A stretch of DNA of 63,956 nucleotides, the filler included, from Octopus bimaculoides (taxonomy: Eukaryota), in NCBI RefSeq assembly GCF_001194135.2. It is 7 parts of 6 records of this genome, joined end to end, with 100 filler letters (N's around TTAATTAATTAA, not from the genome) between each part and the next. Parts side by side here need not be neighbours in the genome. Positions count along the whole stretch, not along the records: positions 1 to 21,307 come from NC_069006.1; 6 more parts are not named here. One strand, given 5' to 3'. Both the position numbers and the translations under genes were made by a program. The stretch's first letter is position 1; each line of letters begins with the position of its first letter. Below, piece after piece: positions 1-14,275 of this stretch. The notes beneath the pieces were generated by a model, which ran no database searches, was not told the origin of the DNA, and saw nothing but the letters and a program-made list of their open reading frames with translations.

Positions 1-49
<49 letters not shown>

Positions 50-298
50 GTATGTATCGATATACGTATATACGTATATACGTATATACATATGTATATA
101 TATGTATATATATTATATATATAAATATATATATATATGTATGTATGTATTTATTATTATTATTCTTACTATTTTTTCCTCATTCGATTTTTGTGTAAAC
201 CATTTATGTAACCTGCCCTTGTAATGCTCTCTTCATTCAAAGCCCCTCTGGCAAATAAAACTAACTATAAATTGATATTATTATTATTATTATTATTA

Positions 299-497
299 CT
301 AAGGCCAGTAATTTCCGAGGAGAAGGTAAGTCGATTATACCGACCCCAGTGTTCAACTGGTACTCATTTTATTGAACCCGAGAGGATGAAAGGCAAAGTC
401 GACCTCGGCGCAATTTAAACTTAGAATGTAAAGACGGACGAAATGGCGCTAAGCATTTTATCCAGCGTGCTAACGATTCTGCCAACTCGCCCGCCTT
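299..497 (-). mobile_element. SINE family B (tRNA-derived head, Nin-like central domain)
   Basis: Minus strand reads an A-box-like head, GTTCTGAGTTTAAATT (B-box-like), then GGTCGACTTTGCCTTTCATCCT...AATGAGTACC, which resembles the Nin/Deu SINE domain; (TAA)n tail on the left; five more homologous copies in window. Confidence 0.75.
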
Positions 498-671
498 GCA
501 TACATACATACATACATACATAATTACAAACATACATACATACATACATACATACATACATACATACATACATACATACATGCATACATACATACTCATA
601 TATATATATATATATATATATGAAGAATTTTGGTCCTCACTTCGTTTACATATATATATATATATATATAT

Positions 672-809
672 GACGGGATTCTTTCAGTTTCCATCTACCA
701 AATCCACCCACAAGGTTTTGGTCGAGCCTAGGTTACATTATAAGATACTTAGACAAGGTGTCATGTAGTCAGACTGAACCTGGAACCATGCGGTCAGGAA
801 GCTAACTTC
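672..809 (-). mobile_element. SINE family A, 5' half, degenerate, runs into gap
   Basis: ctttcagtttccatctaccaaatccacccacaagg...gaacctggaaccatgcgg matches the reverse complement of the family A 5' half. Confidence 0.7.
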
Positions 810-1157
810 NNNNNNNNNNNNNNNNNNNNNNNNNNNNNNNNNNNNNNNNNNNNNNNNNNNNNNNNNNNNNNNNNNNNNNNNNNNNNNNNNNNNNNNNNNN
901 NNNNNNNNNNNNNNNNNNNNNNNNNNNNNNNNNNNNNNNNNNNNNNNNNNNNNNNNNNNNNNNNNNNNNNNNNNNNNNNNNNNNNNNNNNNNNNNNNNNN
1001 NNNNNNNNNNNNNNNNNNNNNNNNNNNNNNNNNNNNNNNNNNNNNNNNNNNNNNNNNNNNNNNNNNNNNNNNNNNNNNNNNNNNNNNNNNNNNNNNNNNN
1101 NNNNNNNNNNNNNNNNNNNNNNNNNNNNNNNNNNNNNNNNNNNNNNNNNNNNNNNNA

Positions 1158-1320
1158 AATCAAAATAAGCAGCATGGATTTTAAAGATGATTGCAGTACG
1201 CACGTTTCATGCTACTCCATATATTTAAGTAATGCGAGCATTACATTAAATGCAATATGTAGAGCAATCTTCAGCTGCACAAAAATGTAGAAAATTACAG
1301 TAGAATAGACATATTATAAT
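1158..1320 (+). mobile_element. Single-arm copy of the repeat that forms the 18641-18918 palindrome
   Basis: aataagcagcatggattttaaagatgattgcagtacgcacgtttcatgctac...tcagctgcacaaaaatgtagaaaa aligns to the left arm at 18641. Confidence 0.7.
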
Positions 1321-1438
1321 TGTGGCAACATTTAAAATCCAAGTGGGAAGAAGAATACATAAAAATCCATCTTCACATAGCCAAGGCCATATATATAAGC
1401 ACACACACACATACACACATATACTCACACACATACAT

Positions 1439-1478
<40 letters not shown>

Positions 1479-2209
1479 ACATATACTATGTGGAGTGGTT
1501 AAGAAGTTTGGGTTTTTTTAATCGTGTGGGCCCAGTGAACAGAATTCATCGTTTCCGCCGGATAAATTTCGTTCACAAGGATATTTATTACTCAACACCC
1601 GTCTTTTGCCCAAAGTCCCGCGCAGTGCATTCGAACCAAGCATGACGTGATTACGAAGTGGACACCTGAATCAAACAGGCATGACCGCTTTTATGGTGTT
1701 AAGCAATAAACAAGAGCAACAACAACGATGCTTTAACAAAAGTGCGTCATAGCAGACACATGCAGGTGTTATGGTTAGAGAGCCACCAACAAAAGGCGTT
1801 TGCACAACAAAGGTGTTAAAAGCCATTAAACTACTTGATGTAAACACTTTGTGAAAACACTTACACAGACCTTTATATGGTAACTACTTCTCTCTCTCTT
1901 TTTCTCTCTCTCTTTCTCGATCTTTCTGTCCCTATCTCTATCTCTTAATATGTCCTTCTTTCTCTCTCTTTCTCTCTCACTCGCGCTCTCTCCCTCTTTG
2001 AGTGTTTGTGTGTACGTGTATGTGTGTGTTTGTGTGTGTGTGTGTGTGTGCATATTTTCTCTGGGTGTATTTTGTGTGTCTGTGTATATGTATGAGTGTG
2101 TATGTATGCTCTCAAACACACACACACTTGCACACACACACATACACACACACACACACAACACTCAAACACATATATATACACAAATATCAATATAAAT
2201 ATATAAACG

Positions 2210-2268
<59 letters not shown>

Positions 2269-2379
2269 ATATGTATGATTATATATACATGTATACATTC
2301 ATATATAAATAAACAAATATATATATATATATGTACATACATATATATGTGTGTGCGCATATGTACGTTCATAAGTATG

Positions 2380-2413
<34 letters not shown>

Positions 2414-2552
2414 TGTATGTATGTGTGTGTGTATATGATTGTGGTTTATACACAGGTGTGAAGTGCAATTATGCGGAAAAAGTCCTATTAGTGGGAAATG
2501 ATTATTTATTCAGAGCTGAGCCTGCGTGAGATGGAACTCGGAGTTAATAATG

Positions 2553-2598
<46 letters not shown>

Positions 2599-2800
2599 GT
2601 ATATATAAGTGTGGTTATGCACACATACATTGATCTACAAGGATGCCCGAATCTATCAGTTTGTACATAGTCAAAAAAATGCATATATACACACACAGAT
2701 ACATGTATAAAGATTCAAACACGTATGCAGACACGTAAACACACACATAGATGCACACACATACACACATACATTTAAGCACATAGGCACATACATGCAT

Positions 2801-2834
<34 letters not shown>

Positions 2835-2946
2835 GTATACATACATATATATATATACATACATATATATATACATATATATACATATATTTATGTACGC
2901 ATGTGAGTGCATGTATATGCGTATCACTCAGTCATTTAAACACGTG

Positions 2947-2988
<42 letters not shown>

Positions 2989-3554
2989 CTTACGTACACC
3001 TATACATGCATAAAATTTCACTATCACACGATCGCATATATACAGACATGTAGATACACAGACATACACAAATATACACATCTAGGAATATATAACATAT
3101 AGAGAAACGTTGCACTTACGCACGCAAACACACATAAATGTATAAATGCACATGTGTATTTATGTGCACATGTACATGTGCACGTGTGTATTTAGATGTC
3201 TATATATTATACACGTATTCAAGTAAACACACATACACACCCCTATTAATCAACTGCACGTACTTCAGAAAATGTAGTTTTCTCGACTAATAGTAACATT
3301 TTACGCTACAGGGATCTCGAAGGAACCTCGACCTAAACACACGACGCGTTGGAAACAACGACGAAATTACCCTTAAATCACATCTTACAATCCTCAACAG
3401 AAAAGGTTACATCGGATAAAACACTAACTTACAAACATTAACTTCAAAAAGCATTCCAGTTTTGACCATCTACAAGGTTTTTGATGATAGGTCTCACCTA
3501 TCGCGGTTTATTATTTAAGCTTACGTCGACTCCTCTGTGGTGTTTCTTGTCAGG

Positions 3555-3624
3555 GGCCGTTTAGCTTAATAGTCGCGTTCTCCGCCGATATCTAAGGGGT
3601 ACAGGTTCGATTCCCGTGGCCGTC
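3555..3624 (+). mobile_element. tRNA-derived repeat head (A/B box); not a functional tRNA
   Basis: TAGCTTAATAG A-box and GGTTCGATTCC B-box are present, but the acceptor stem cannot pair. Confidence 0.5.
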
Positions 3625-4369
3625 TACTTGCAACTTTTTCCGTCTTTCTTTGTTGCTCATATAACTTTACTACATTCGAAATTTACTTTCTTATCGGTAA
3701 AACACCAAATACACTCGCTACTTCCAAAGTTTGTCTGTAATTATANNNNNNNNNNNNNNNNNNNNNNNNNNNNNNNNNNNNNNNNNNNNNNNNNNNNNNN
3801 NNNNNNNNNNNNNNNNNNNTATATATATATATATATATTTGTTCATATGATGATATCTCCACAATGTGTTGATGATGAGAAAAACATGTAATCGCTATCA
3901 ATATAGTATATAATATATAAGACAAGCTTCCATACAGTTTCCGTCTACCAAATTCACTCACAAGCTATCAACCATGCCTACCCCTAAACTGCTAGAGAGA
4001 AACGTAATAATATAATATGGTCCCCCTCCAAAACCATAGAAGCTTAACCACAAAAACTCGTATGACGAAAAGATCTTCGTTTCCCTTATCAAAAATCACT
4101 TCCGTAACGGTTATAAAATTCATCGTTAGTTCAGCAAGAAACAACATAAAAGTAAGATTTAGCTGGTAACCGTATTTAATGTAATATCAAATATTATTGA
4201 GAATCACACATTGCAGAAAATATTTCAAACAGAACGACAAACCGAAATTAAAAACAAAAAGTGAAATTAATTAGAATAAAATAAAGACATTGAAATTCGG
4301 TTACCAAAATATACAAAATGAAATGTTCTGCTTTTGACGTCATGGATCATATGATCGGTAACTAACTTA

Positions 4370-4547
4370 AATGTTGATGAGGAGGAGGAGGAGAAGCAGG
4401 AGATGGATGATGGTGATAGTGGTGGTAGTGATGATAGTGGAGGTTGGCTTGGTGAAGGTAAGAATGATGATGATGATTGTGATAGTGATGATGAGAATAA
4501 AAATGATGGTTACGACAACGATGATGAGGATGAGTATGATGAGGAGG

Positions 4548-4594
<47 letters not shown>

Positions 4595-4660
4595 CATGAC
4601 AGCTAGTGGTGGTGGTGGCGGCGGTGGTGGAGCTGGTAACGATCATGATTATGGAGGCAG
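4370..4660 (+). repeat. Compound (GAT)/(GGA)/(GGT) trinucleotide array
   Basis: Seen directly; it produces the poly-D/M/H ORFs in the track. Confidence 0.9.
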
Positions 4661-4849
4661 CGATCAGAAAAGCAGTAATAACGATAAAAGAAAAAACTGT
4701 GCAAAGGAATATTTAATTAGAAATAAAGAAAAATGTGACACGAATTAAGGTATATAGCACATACACACACACACACACATACATGTACACACATACACAC
4801 ATCTGTACACAAACATACAGGCACACATACATATATATATATACATACA

Positions 4850-4880
<31 letters not shown>

Positions 4881-5300
4881 GTATNNNNNNNNNNNNNNNN
4901 NNNNNNNNNNNNNNNNNNNNNNNNNNNNNNNNNNNNNNNNNNNNNNNNNNNNNNNNNNNNNNNNNNNNNNNNNNNNNNNNNNNNNNNNNNNNNNNNNNNN
5001 NNNNNNNNNNNNNNNNNNNNNNNNNNNNNNNNNNNNNNNNNNNNNNNNNNNNNNNNNNNNNNNNNNNNNNNNNNNNNNNNNNNNNNNNNNNNNNNNNNNN
5101 NNNNNNNNNNNNNNNNNNNNNNNNNNNNNNNNNNNNNNNNNNNNNNNNNNNNNNNNNNNNNNNNNNNNNNNNNNNNNNNNNNNNNNNNNNNNNNNNNNNN
5201 NNNNNNNNNNNNNNNNNNNNNNNNNNNNNNNNNNNNNNNNNNNNNNNNNNNNNNNNNNNNNNNNNNNNNNNNNNNNNNNNNNNNNNNNNNNNNNNNNNNN

Positions 5301-5382
<82 letters not shown>

Positions 5383-5816
5383 TGATAGACGGGCGAGGAG
5401 AGAGCGTTTAAATATACACATGAATTTTCTTGCACGTGTGGAAAGACAACAAATGGAATTTGTGAAATTTAATTACGAAAGTGAAATTGCTTTTAACGCC
5501 ATATTTCAGCTTTAATTTTGAATATGATTACATACGCATACGCACACAAAAGGGTTTCATGTTTGTCTGAACATGTATACTACACACATACACACAATCA
5601 CACGCACGCACACGCACATCTATACATATATATCTATCTATCCATCTACGTTTCCCTCTCTCTCTCTCACACTTTCTCTCTCTAACTCTTTCTCTCTCTC
5701 TCTTTATCTGTCTCTCTCTCTCTATATATATATATGCACAGACACATAAACGTACATGCATACATATATACATATATTCATGCATATATATATATATGGG
5801 TACATACATACATACG

Positions 5817-5905
<89 letters not shown>

Positions 5906-7624
5906 ATATGTATATATTTATGTATGTATATATATGGCTGTGTATTTGTGTATGTGTTTGCATGTGAATGTATGAAACTAGTGAGAGGAATATAGTTAAT
6001 AGAATAAATACTAAATGTACAGTTTATATTATATACGCATACATATATATTTACCTATGTAAGTACACACACACACACACACACACTCACTCACACGCAC
6101 ACACACACATAAACACAAACACACACACACACATAAACACAAACACACACAGAGTTCTGTTAATAACCCCGAAAGTAGAGTAAGGAGAGAGAATAGCATA
6201 AGTACATCATTCAATATTTGGAGACTAATGATCGAAATACAGAAACGTAGAGAATCGCCTCAAACTGTAATTATTTTTCTCATGCTACACAGTAACTGAA
6301 ATGAATTATCGATGCGTGGTGAATATAGGTATGTGTCTCTGTGTGTATGTATGTATGTATGTATGTATGTGCGCATGATTGTTTGCATGCATCTATGTAT
6401 TTTTATGTGTATGTTTTTTTTGCATGTATATATTTATACATACATACAAATATATATATACACATACACACATATATATATATATATATACATATATATT
6501 TATATATGTATANNNNNNNNNNNNNNNNNNNNNNNNNNNNNNNNNNNNNNNNNNNNNNNNNNNNNNNNNNNNNNNNNNNNNNNNNNNNNNNNNNNNNNNN
6601 NNNNNNNNNNNNNNNNNNNNNNNNNNNNNNNNNNNNNNNNNNNNNNNNNNNNNNNNNNNNNNNNNNNNNNNNNNNNNNNNNNNNNNNNNNNNNNNNNNNN
6701 NNNNNNNNNNNNNNNNNNNNNNNNNNNNNNNNNNNNNNNNNNNNNNNNNNNNNNNNNNNNNNNNNNNNNNNNNNNNNNNNNNNNNNNNNNNNNNNNNNNN
6801 NNNNNNNNNNNNNNNNNNNNNNNNNNNNNNNNNNNNNNNNNNNNNNNNNNNNNNNNNNNNNNNNNNNNNNNNNNNNNNNNNNNNNNNNNNNNNNNNNNNN
6901 NNNNNNNNNNNNNNNNNNNNNNNNNNNNNNNTTTTTTTTTTTTTTTTTTGTAGTGCATCTGTCAACTGTTCCTCTTTTTTCTAAAACAGAGACAGGCTTC
7001 TTTTTTTTTCCAATTATTCTACAAAATACTCTCAAAGCAGCTGTTTTTCTTGGCCTTTCATCATGTCCACGGCCTCTCGCTTTCTGGAAAGTAGCTCATA
7101 TCCAGTGTTTCCCCCTGACTGACAACACTGGCAAAATATATGCTCTTTTCTTCGTAATGCTTTTCATTGCTGCTCTCGATGATCCGGTGTTATTGTCACT
7201 TTTACTAATTTATACTAATACTTAGCGATTACGTTAGAGTTTTCAGCAGCGTCAGTATTACTAACTGTCTGTCTGTAACCGCCGTTCATGTTGTTCATAT
7301 TGTTTAACATCATCAGCTCTAAATTTTTATTTCTTTCATTTTAATGTGCAAATGTTCGTGTTGTATCTTTGAGCGTTTCGTCATTTGTCACGACATGTGA
7401 TATTTTTATTTTTATTTTTATAACAAAATTACAACTTGTGTTCATTTTTGCTGTATTTTTTTCCTTTTCTCTGTCGAAAATCCATTCACTTTGACTGTCA
7501 CCGAAGCCATTTTGAGAAAAAGAAACAAGAAGAAAATGCAAAACGCTGCTCGCCAGAAGAAAACAGTTAAAAGTGCAACTCATAGTCTACATAAAAAAAA
7601 CAAAACAAAAAAACAAATCCACAC

Positions 7625-7841
7625 CAGATATTCTTTTTATTCTTTTACTAGTTTCAGTCATTAGACTGCGGCCACGCTACAGCACCACCCTGAAGAATTT
7701 TAACCAAATGAATTGACCTCAGTGCTTATTTATTTTATGCCTGGTACCTATTCTATCATCCACTTATGCCGAACGGCTAAGTTGCGAGCACGTAAACACA
7801 CCAAAAGCGTTTGTCAAGCGGTGGTGAGGGGGACAAACACA

Positions 7842-7880
<39 letters not shown>
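7625..7880 (-). mobile_element. SINE family A, 3' half plus (CA)n
   Basis: tttcagtcattagactgcggccacgct...gtcaagcggtggtgagggggacaaacacagac matches the family A 3' half in reverse. Confidence 0.7.
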
Positions 7881-7887
<7 letters not shown>

Positions 7888-8766
7888 CACACAATCATAG
7901 CAAAAGATATTCAAGTGAAGACCCTGAGGAAACTGCACCAATATCATAGTAAGATTGCAATTAGAACGGNNNNNNNNNNNNNNNNNNNNNNNNNNNNNNN
8001 NNNNNNNNNNNNNNNNNNNNNNNNNNNNNNNNNNNNNNNNNNNNNNNNNNNNNNNNNNNNNNNNNNNNNNNNNNNNNNNNNNNNNNNNNNNNNNNNNNNN
8101 NNNNNNNNNNNNNNNNNNNNNNNNNNNNNNNNNNNNNNNNNNNNNNNNNNNNNNNNNNNNNNNNNNNNNNNNNNNNNNNNNNNNNNNNNNNNNNNNNNNN
8201 NNNNNNNNNNNNNNNNNNNNNNNNNNNNNNNNNNNNNNNNNNNNNNNNNNNNNNNNNNNNNNNNNNNNNNNNNNNNNNNNNNNNNNNNNNNNNNNNNNNN
8301 NNNNNNNNNNNNNNNNNNNNNNNNNNNNNNNNNNNNNNNNNNNNNNNNNNNNNNNNNNNNNNNNNNNNNNNNNNNNNNNNNNNNNNNNNNNNNNNNNNNN
8401 NNNNNNNNNNNNNNNNNNNNNNNNNNNNNNNNNNNNNNNNNNNNNNNNNNNNNNNNNNNNNNNNNNNNNNNNNNNNNNNNNNNNNNNNNNNNNNNNNNNN
8501 NNNNNNNNNNNNNNNNNNNNNNNNNNNNNNNNNNNNNNNNNNNNNNNNNNNNNNNNNNNNNNNNNNNNNNNNNNNNNNNNNNNNNNNNNNNNNNNNNNNN
8601 NNNNNNNNNNNNNNNNNNNNNNNNNNNNNNNNNNNNNNNNNNNNNNNNNNNNNNNNNNNNNNNNNNNNNNNNNNNNNNNNNNNNNNNNNNNNNNNNNNNN
8701 NNNNNNNNNNNNNNNNNNNNNNNNNNNNNNNNNNNNNNNNNNNNNNNNNNNNNNNNNNNNNNNNNN

Positions 8767-8794
<28 letters not shown>

Positions 8795-8798
<4 letters not shown>

Positions 8799-9205
8799 CG
8801 TGTATGAATATAAACAAACTAACATTTGTTTTTATAAGCAACGAAATATGTAATGAACGATACAAATTAGATGATATTTTTCCGAACGAGAAACACTGTT
8901 AGAACAGAAGGAATACTGCGTAAATTACCTTTACAAAGTGAAAAAATTTGTCAACCAGCCATGGGACTCGAACCCTATCCCTCAAAGACGCTTACGAAAA
9001 CAAATGTTAGTTTATAGTTATACACGTAATTGTACACTAACTAGCGTCTAAAATCGCGGATGAATTTATTATCGGGCAGTTTAGCTTAATGGTAAAGCAA
9101 TCAACAGGAGTCATCGAGGGATATGGGTTCGAGTCCCATGGGTAGTTGTTGAAAGAGTTTTCCACTTTGTAAGGGCAATTTACCCATCTGATTTGTATCA
9201 TTCAG
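8795..9205. mobile_element. Nested inverted-repeat element with tRNA-derived segments next to (TA)n
   Basis: About 40-bp IR (8795-8838 vs 8991-9029) plus a second IR (about 8935-8983 vs 9116-9183) carrying GGTTCGAGTCC. Confidence 0.5.
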
Positions 9206-9916
9206 TATATATACAGCGATACGTCGCAGTACGAGTTTAATTCGTTCCATGACCGAGCAGTTTTCCCCATTGAAATTAACTAAAATATATTTAATCCGTT
9301 CCAACCCCACAAAACCACCCCAATATAATTTTTTATGGGTTTTAAAACAGAAAAGGTGTAGTTACAAGTCAAATGACAATTATAAAAAAGAAAAAGCAAA
9401 AGAAATATGTAAACTGGTTTTATTAACTGAATTCTCCGCTACACTGTCCTCCTCCGGGGAACCAATCCCTTCCACCGCATTCAGCATTGTCCTTTGCACT
9501 AAGTTTCTTAGGCTGACACAACTAATTGTTAGAAAATAATAGCAAAAAATGCACAAAACTAAACAAAAACACTGGGAAAAAAACACAACAGGGATGCTGC
9601 CACATCTTGATANNNNNNNNNNNNNNNNNNNNNNNNNNNNNNNNNNNNNNNNNNNNNNNNNNNNNNNNNNNNNNNNNNNNNNNNNNNNNNNNNNNNNNNN
9701 NNNNNNNNNNNNNNNNNNNNNNNNNNNNNNNNNNNNNNNNNNNNNNNNNNNNNNNNNNNNNNNNNNNNNNNNNNNNNNNNNNNNNNNNNNNNNNNNNNNN
9801 NNNNNNNNNNNNNNNNNNNNNNNNNNNNNNNNNNNNNNNNNNNNNNNNNNNNNNNNNNNNNNNNNNNNNNNNNNNNNNNNNNNNNNNNNNNNNNNNNNNN
9901 NNNNNNNNNNNNNNNN

Positions 9917-10248
9917 GGAACAGCCTGCTCGTGAAATTAACGTGCAAGTGGCTGAGCACTCCACAGACACGTGTACCCTTAACGTAGGATATTCGGGGAT
10001 ATTCAACATGACACAGTGTGACAAGGCTGACCCTTTGAATTACAGGTACAACAGAAACAGGAAGTAAGAGTGAGAGAAAGTTGTGGTGAAAGAGTACAGC
10101 AGGGTTCGCCACCATCCCCTGCCGGAGCCTCGTGGAGCTTTAGGTGTTTTCGCTCAATAAACACTCACAACGCCCGGTCTGGGAATCGAAACCGCGATCC
10201 TATGACCGCGAGTCCGCTGCCCTAACCACTGGGCTATTGCGCCTCCAC
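9917..10248 (-). mobile_element. SINE family D (tRNA-derived head), cut by gap
   Basis: Minus strand starts GTGGAGGCGCAATAGCCCAGTGGTTAGGGCAGCGGACT...GGTTTCGATTCCCAG; second partial copy at 20201-20423. Confidence 0.75.
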
Positions 10249-10896
10249 TCTACTATATATGTATGTATAAACACACAGAGTAATAGATAAATGTAGATAC
10301 ATTTACATATATATATACATACATGCATGTATATGTACGCGCGCCTTTCCTTTGTGTTTGTCCCTCACCAACGCCGCAATCCAAAGACTAAAACAAACAA
10401 AATATACATGATAAAAGATACCAAAGTCTTCATGATAGAAAGATGTGTTTTATGTCCCACTGCTTTTTGCATAATGGAAATAAATGCAAATTTTTATTTG
10501 ATGATTCGTGAATTTATCTGTCATGAATTTTGCGAAGCTGCTCCTATGAAATTTTATGCAACGTTTATCTATGCAATCACTCCCTGTGAAATAACGGAAC
10601 ACATATTCTTACGTGATAAACACCTGACATTATTGCATCAACAACCCACATTCTACAAATTTACACAGATCATGCTTCACACAACCATTGCTCCCACAGT
10701 AAAACTACTCCTTTTAAAAGGTTGTACGTCGAGGATCTGCACAATCACCCCCCGTAAAATGATACACCAGATACACTTCAACCAGCCGACAAAATAACAC
10801 AATTCACAATGCAACATAACCAACACAATTGTCAAGATATTACCGTAACGTCAGAAACAACAAAACAAATCCCACAACAAGCGAAACCGATTAATA

Positions 10897-11105
10897 TAAA
10901 TTAATCCCTCGCCATATCGCGATTCACATATCGCGGTTCACTCAGTACATCACGGACCTTTTCTGGTTAATATACGTAAATTTATATCGTGGACTCCTCA
11001 GTATATCGCGGGTTTCTGCAGCCGATAGGTATTAATATTTTTCTAGATTTTAATCATTTCTGTGGCAGGTTTTGGAACGAAACACCCGCGATAGTCAGTG
11101 CATTA
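10897..11105. mobile_element. Degenerate pogo/Tigger-like MITE
   Basis: taatccctcgccatatcgcg...tatcgcgg subterminal repeats and a right end cccgcgata resemble CAGTAATCCCTCG-type elements. Confidence 0.4.
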
Positions 11106-11224
11106 ATTAGTACTCATACGCAATTCTGTATCCATGAAAGACAATGGTGCGTACGCCACAGGAACAGGCAGGTACATAGGATGGTGTGGTAAAAATTTAC
11201 ATAAAATTATAGGAAATCATGATA

Positions 11225-11640
11225 TTGATTTTTTTACTTGATTCAGTCATTGGACCACGGCCATGCTAGGTCCTGAAGGGTTTTAGTCAAATGGATCGAC
11301 CCCGGATATTTTATTTTTCACTCCGCTTCTTTTGCAGCACCACAAAGTTGCGGAGACGTAAACAAACCGTCACTGGTCTTCAAGCAGTGAATGAGGGACA
11401 AACACAGGCACAAGACATACAAACACATGTATGGATGTATGGATGTATGTATGTACGTATGTATGTACGTATATATGTATAAGTACACACGCACATACAC
11501 ACACACACACATGCACAGATACACACACACATACCAAATTCACGTACAAGGCTAAGGCTATAATGAAAGACACTTGATCAGGGTGCTGCGCAGGGGGGCG
11601 GGGCAGAACTTGAAACCACTCGCTTCCAAAGTGAACCTCT
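11225..11640 (-). mobile_element. SINE family A, degenerate
   Basis: ttcagtcattggaccacggccatgct ... gcagaacttgaaaccactcgcttccaaagtgaacctcttaatc. Confidence 0.55.
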
Positions 11641-11663
11641 TAATCTTACGGTCAATAATAATA

Positions 11664-11821
11664 ATGGTCTCAAATTTTTGCCACAAGGGCAGCAATTTTG
11701 TGGGAGGGGATTAGTCGATTACATCAACCCCAAAGTTCAACTGGTACTTATTTTATCGACCCCGAAAGGACGTAAAGCAAAGTCCACCTCGGCGGAATTT
11801 AAACTTAGAACGTAAGGACGG

Positions 11822-11892
<71 letters not shown>

Positions 11893-12004
11893 CCTTTCTA
11901 CTATAGGCACAAGACCTGAAATTTTGAGTGAGTGAACAAGTCGATTACATCGACCCCAGTATTTTACTGGTACTTATTTTAACGCCCTCGAAAGGCTGAA
12001 AGGC
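11664..12004 (-). mobile_element. Two truncated SINE family B copies (11664-11821, 11892-12004) separated by (TAA)n
   Basis: Both carry gtcgattacatc(a/g)accccA...ctggtacttatttta. Confidence 0.7.
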
Positions 12005-12829
12005 TCTCGTGGCTTCTGATCTTAACAGATTGGATGCGTTATCATGTTCATGTTTTTGTCTTGGTGTAAAAGGTGGCTACAGCAAATAGTCTGCTCAATA
12101 CCACAGATTTGCTTGTCAGTCAGTTGTTTGACCTTACTTAACCTGTTGAACGATATGAACATTTCTGATCACAAGCAGGAGTAGTGGAAAGCTTCAGGAC
12201 AATGTGTTGATAGGGATTCTATGGAATTCTCTGGAATTTGAATACTTCACCTATGGAAACAAAGGTGTTTCGTTCATCAAACCTCATTAAACCCTTATTC
12301 AGGGACCTTTGAGTGGGATGGGCTACTCGATCTATACAAAAGTCTAACTCCTCGCCCCCACATCCGACACTCCTGCAAGGTCGTGTGCTGTTTATCTTAG
12401 TGTAAGTTCACCATGTCGTGCACGCATGGTCGTGATGCATGTACCCAGTGTACCCCTATCAGACGGGTAGTCATGATGGGTATATTGAGCTTCATATATT
12501 TGCTATCCAGCGTCACTTTGATAGCATGCGCTAGTCTCTCACTCAATAATGATGATGATGATGATGATGATGATGACGACGACGACGACGACGACGTCGA
12601 TAACAATCGACCACATACAAAGCAACTCAGTAGACACAGTGGACAATATGTCGCAATATAGCCTCCCTCATAATGAAAATTGGTGTGAACATAAACCATG
12701 ACAAGTACAAAATGCTGAAGTTACTATTCTTTGGAATTTCAGTGTTCAGACTGATCGGGGGAATTGAGGCCAACCTATTGGATATCGAGAAAATTCATGT
12801 TGAAAAAACGTCTTTTGATGGATGCTGCA

Positions 12830-13230
12830 ACCCTAGCTGACAAAACCAATCTTTGAAAACAGTTGAGAAATTGAGTGAATATAAAAAGTTGGAGATAGGA
12901 ATGAGATGAATGTGGCATCTCAAAGCAATAGAAAACAAAAAAAAAGAAAAAGCGAACAAAATAAACCTTTCACTGATCTCGTGCTTAACAATAAACAGTA
13001 TAAAAACATGTCACTACAGATTAAGCAAAATGTGAAGAACATTAGAGAGAAAAATATAAAGAAAATAGAAAAGACTTTGGCGAAATCAATGAATAAAGGT
13101 CGACGGAAATGTTTTTCCAAGCTGCACACGCTCAAGAAGTTCTGCGAAAAAATATCTACGTCTATCAAAGGGTACAAGAAATTTATGTTAATGGAAACAA
13201 AGCACGAACATCAACAGGTGGAATGATTAA
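12830..13230 (+). pseudogene. Probable RTE-clade LINE ORF remnant (basic linker between endonuclease and RT)
   Basis: Lys-rich ORF 12906-13226 (YKNMSLQIKQNVKNIREKNIKKIEKTLAKSMNKGRRK) resembles RTE linker regions; no catalytic motif seen. Confidence 0.35.
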
Positions 13231-13311
13231 CTCTATTCAGTCAGTAAACCACGTTAGTAGACTCGTATCCTCAGCCAAACCTAATGAAAAATAAAAGGAG
13301 AGGAACGTCGC

Positions 13312-13775
<464 letters not shown>

Positions 13776-13864
13776 CAAGATAACATACCAGGACAGAAGC
13801 CTGAGTTATGAAAATTACTCGAAATAAGATTTATGAATAAATAGGAATTGTAAATCTTTAATCT

Positions 13865-14275
13865 TTAATCTTTTACTTGCTTCAGTCATTAAACTTCGAC
13901 AACGCTGCTGCACACCTTCAAAAAATTTCTTGATATTTTTAATGGAACACATCGATTCCAGTATTTATTTCAGCGGTCTGTTTTGCCGAACCGCTAGGTT
14001 ACGGGGACGTAAACTAACCAACAGTGGTTGTCAAGCGGATATATAGAAACACAAAGGTACACACATATACATTTATATATATATATATATACACACACAT
14101 ACACGCAACCTTGTGGACGGGCTTTCAGTTTCTGTCTACGAAATCTACTCTCACAAGTGTTTGGCCGATCTAGAGGCCATGATAGAAAACATTTACCCAA
14201 GGTGCCACGCAACGGAACAGAATCCAGAACCATGTGGTCAAGAAGCAAAATTCTTACCACATATCCACGCCTTCG
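13865..14275 (-). mobile_element. SINE family A, full length, degenerate
   Basis: Reverse complement of both halves with internal (TA)/(CA). Confidence 0.75.

Noticed and set aside
9075-9147. tRNA gene (also 3555-3624 and the SINE heads)
   Set aside because: Acceptor and anticodon stems do not pair; these are repeat-derived Pol III boxes
9400-9520. Minus-strand start exon MLNAVEGIGSPEEDSVAENSVNKT and a model of multiple alternative first exons
   Set aside because: Weak donor, and its end phase differs from the other minus-strand candidates, so they cannot share one downstream exon
10327-10797. 156-aa ORF
   Set aside because: No recognisable domain, starts in a microsatellite, no convincing splice or Kozak support
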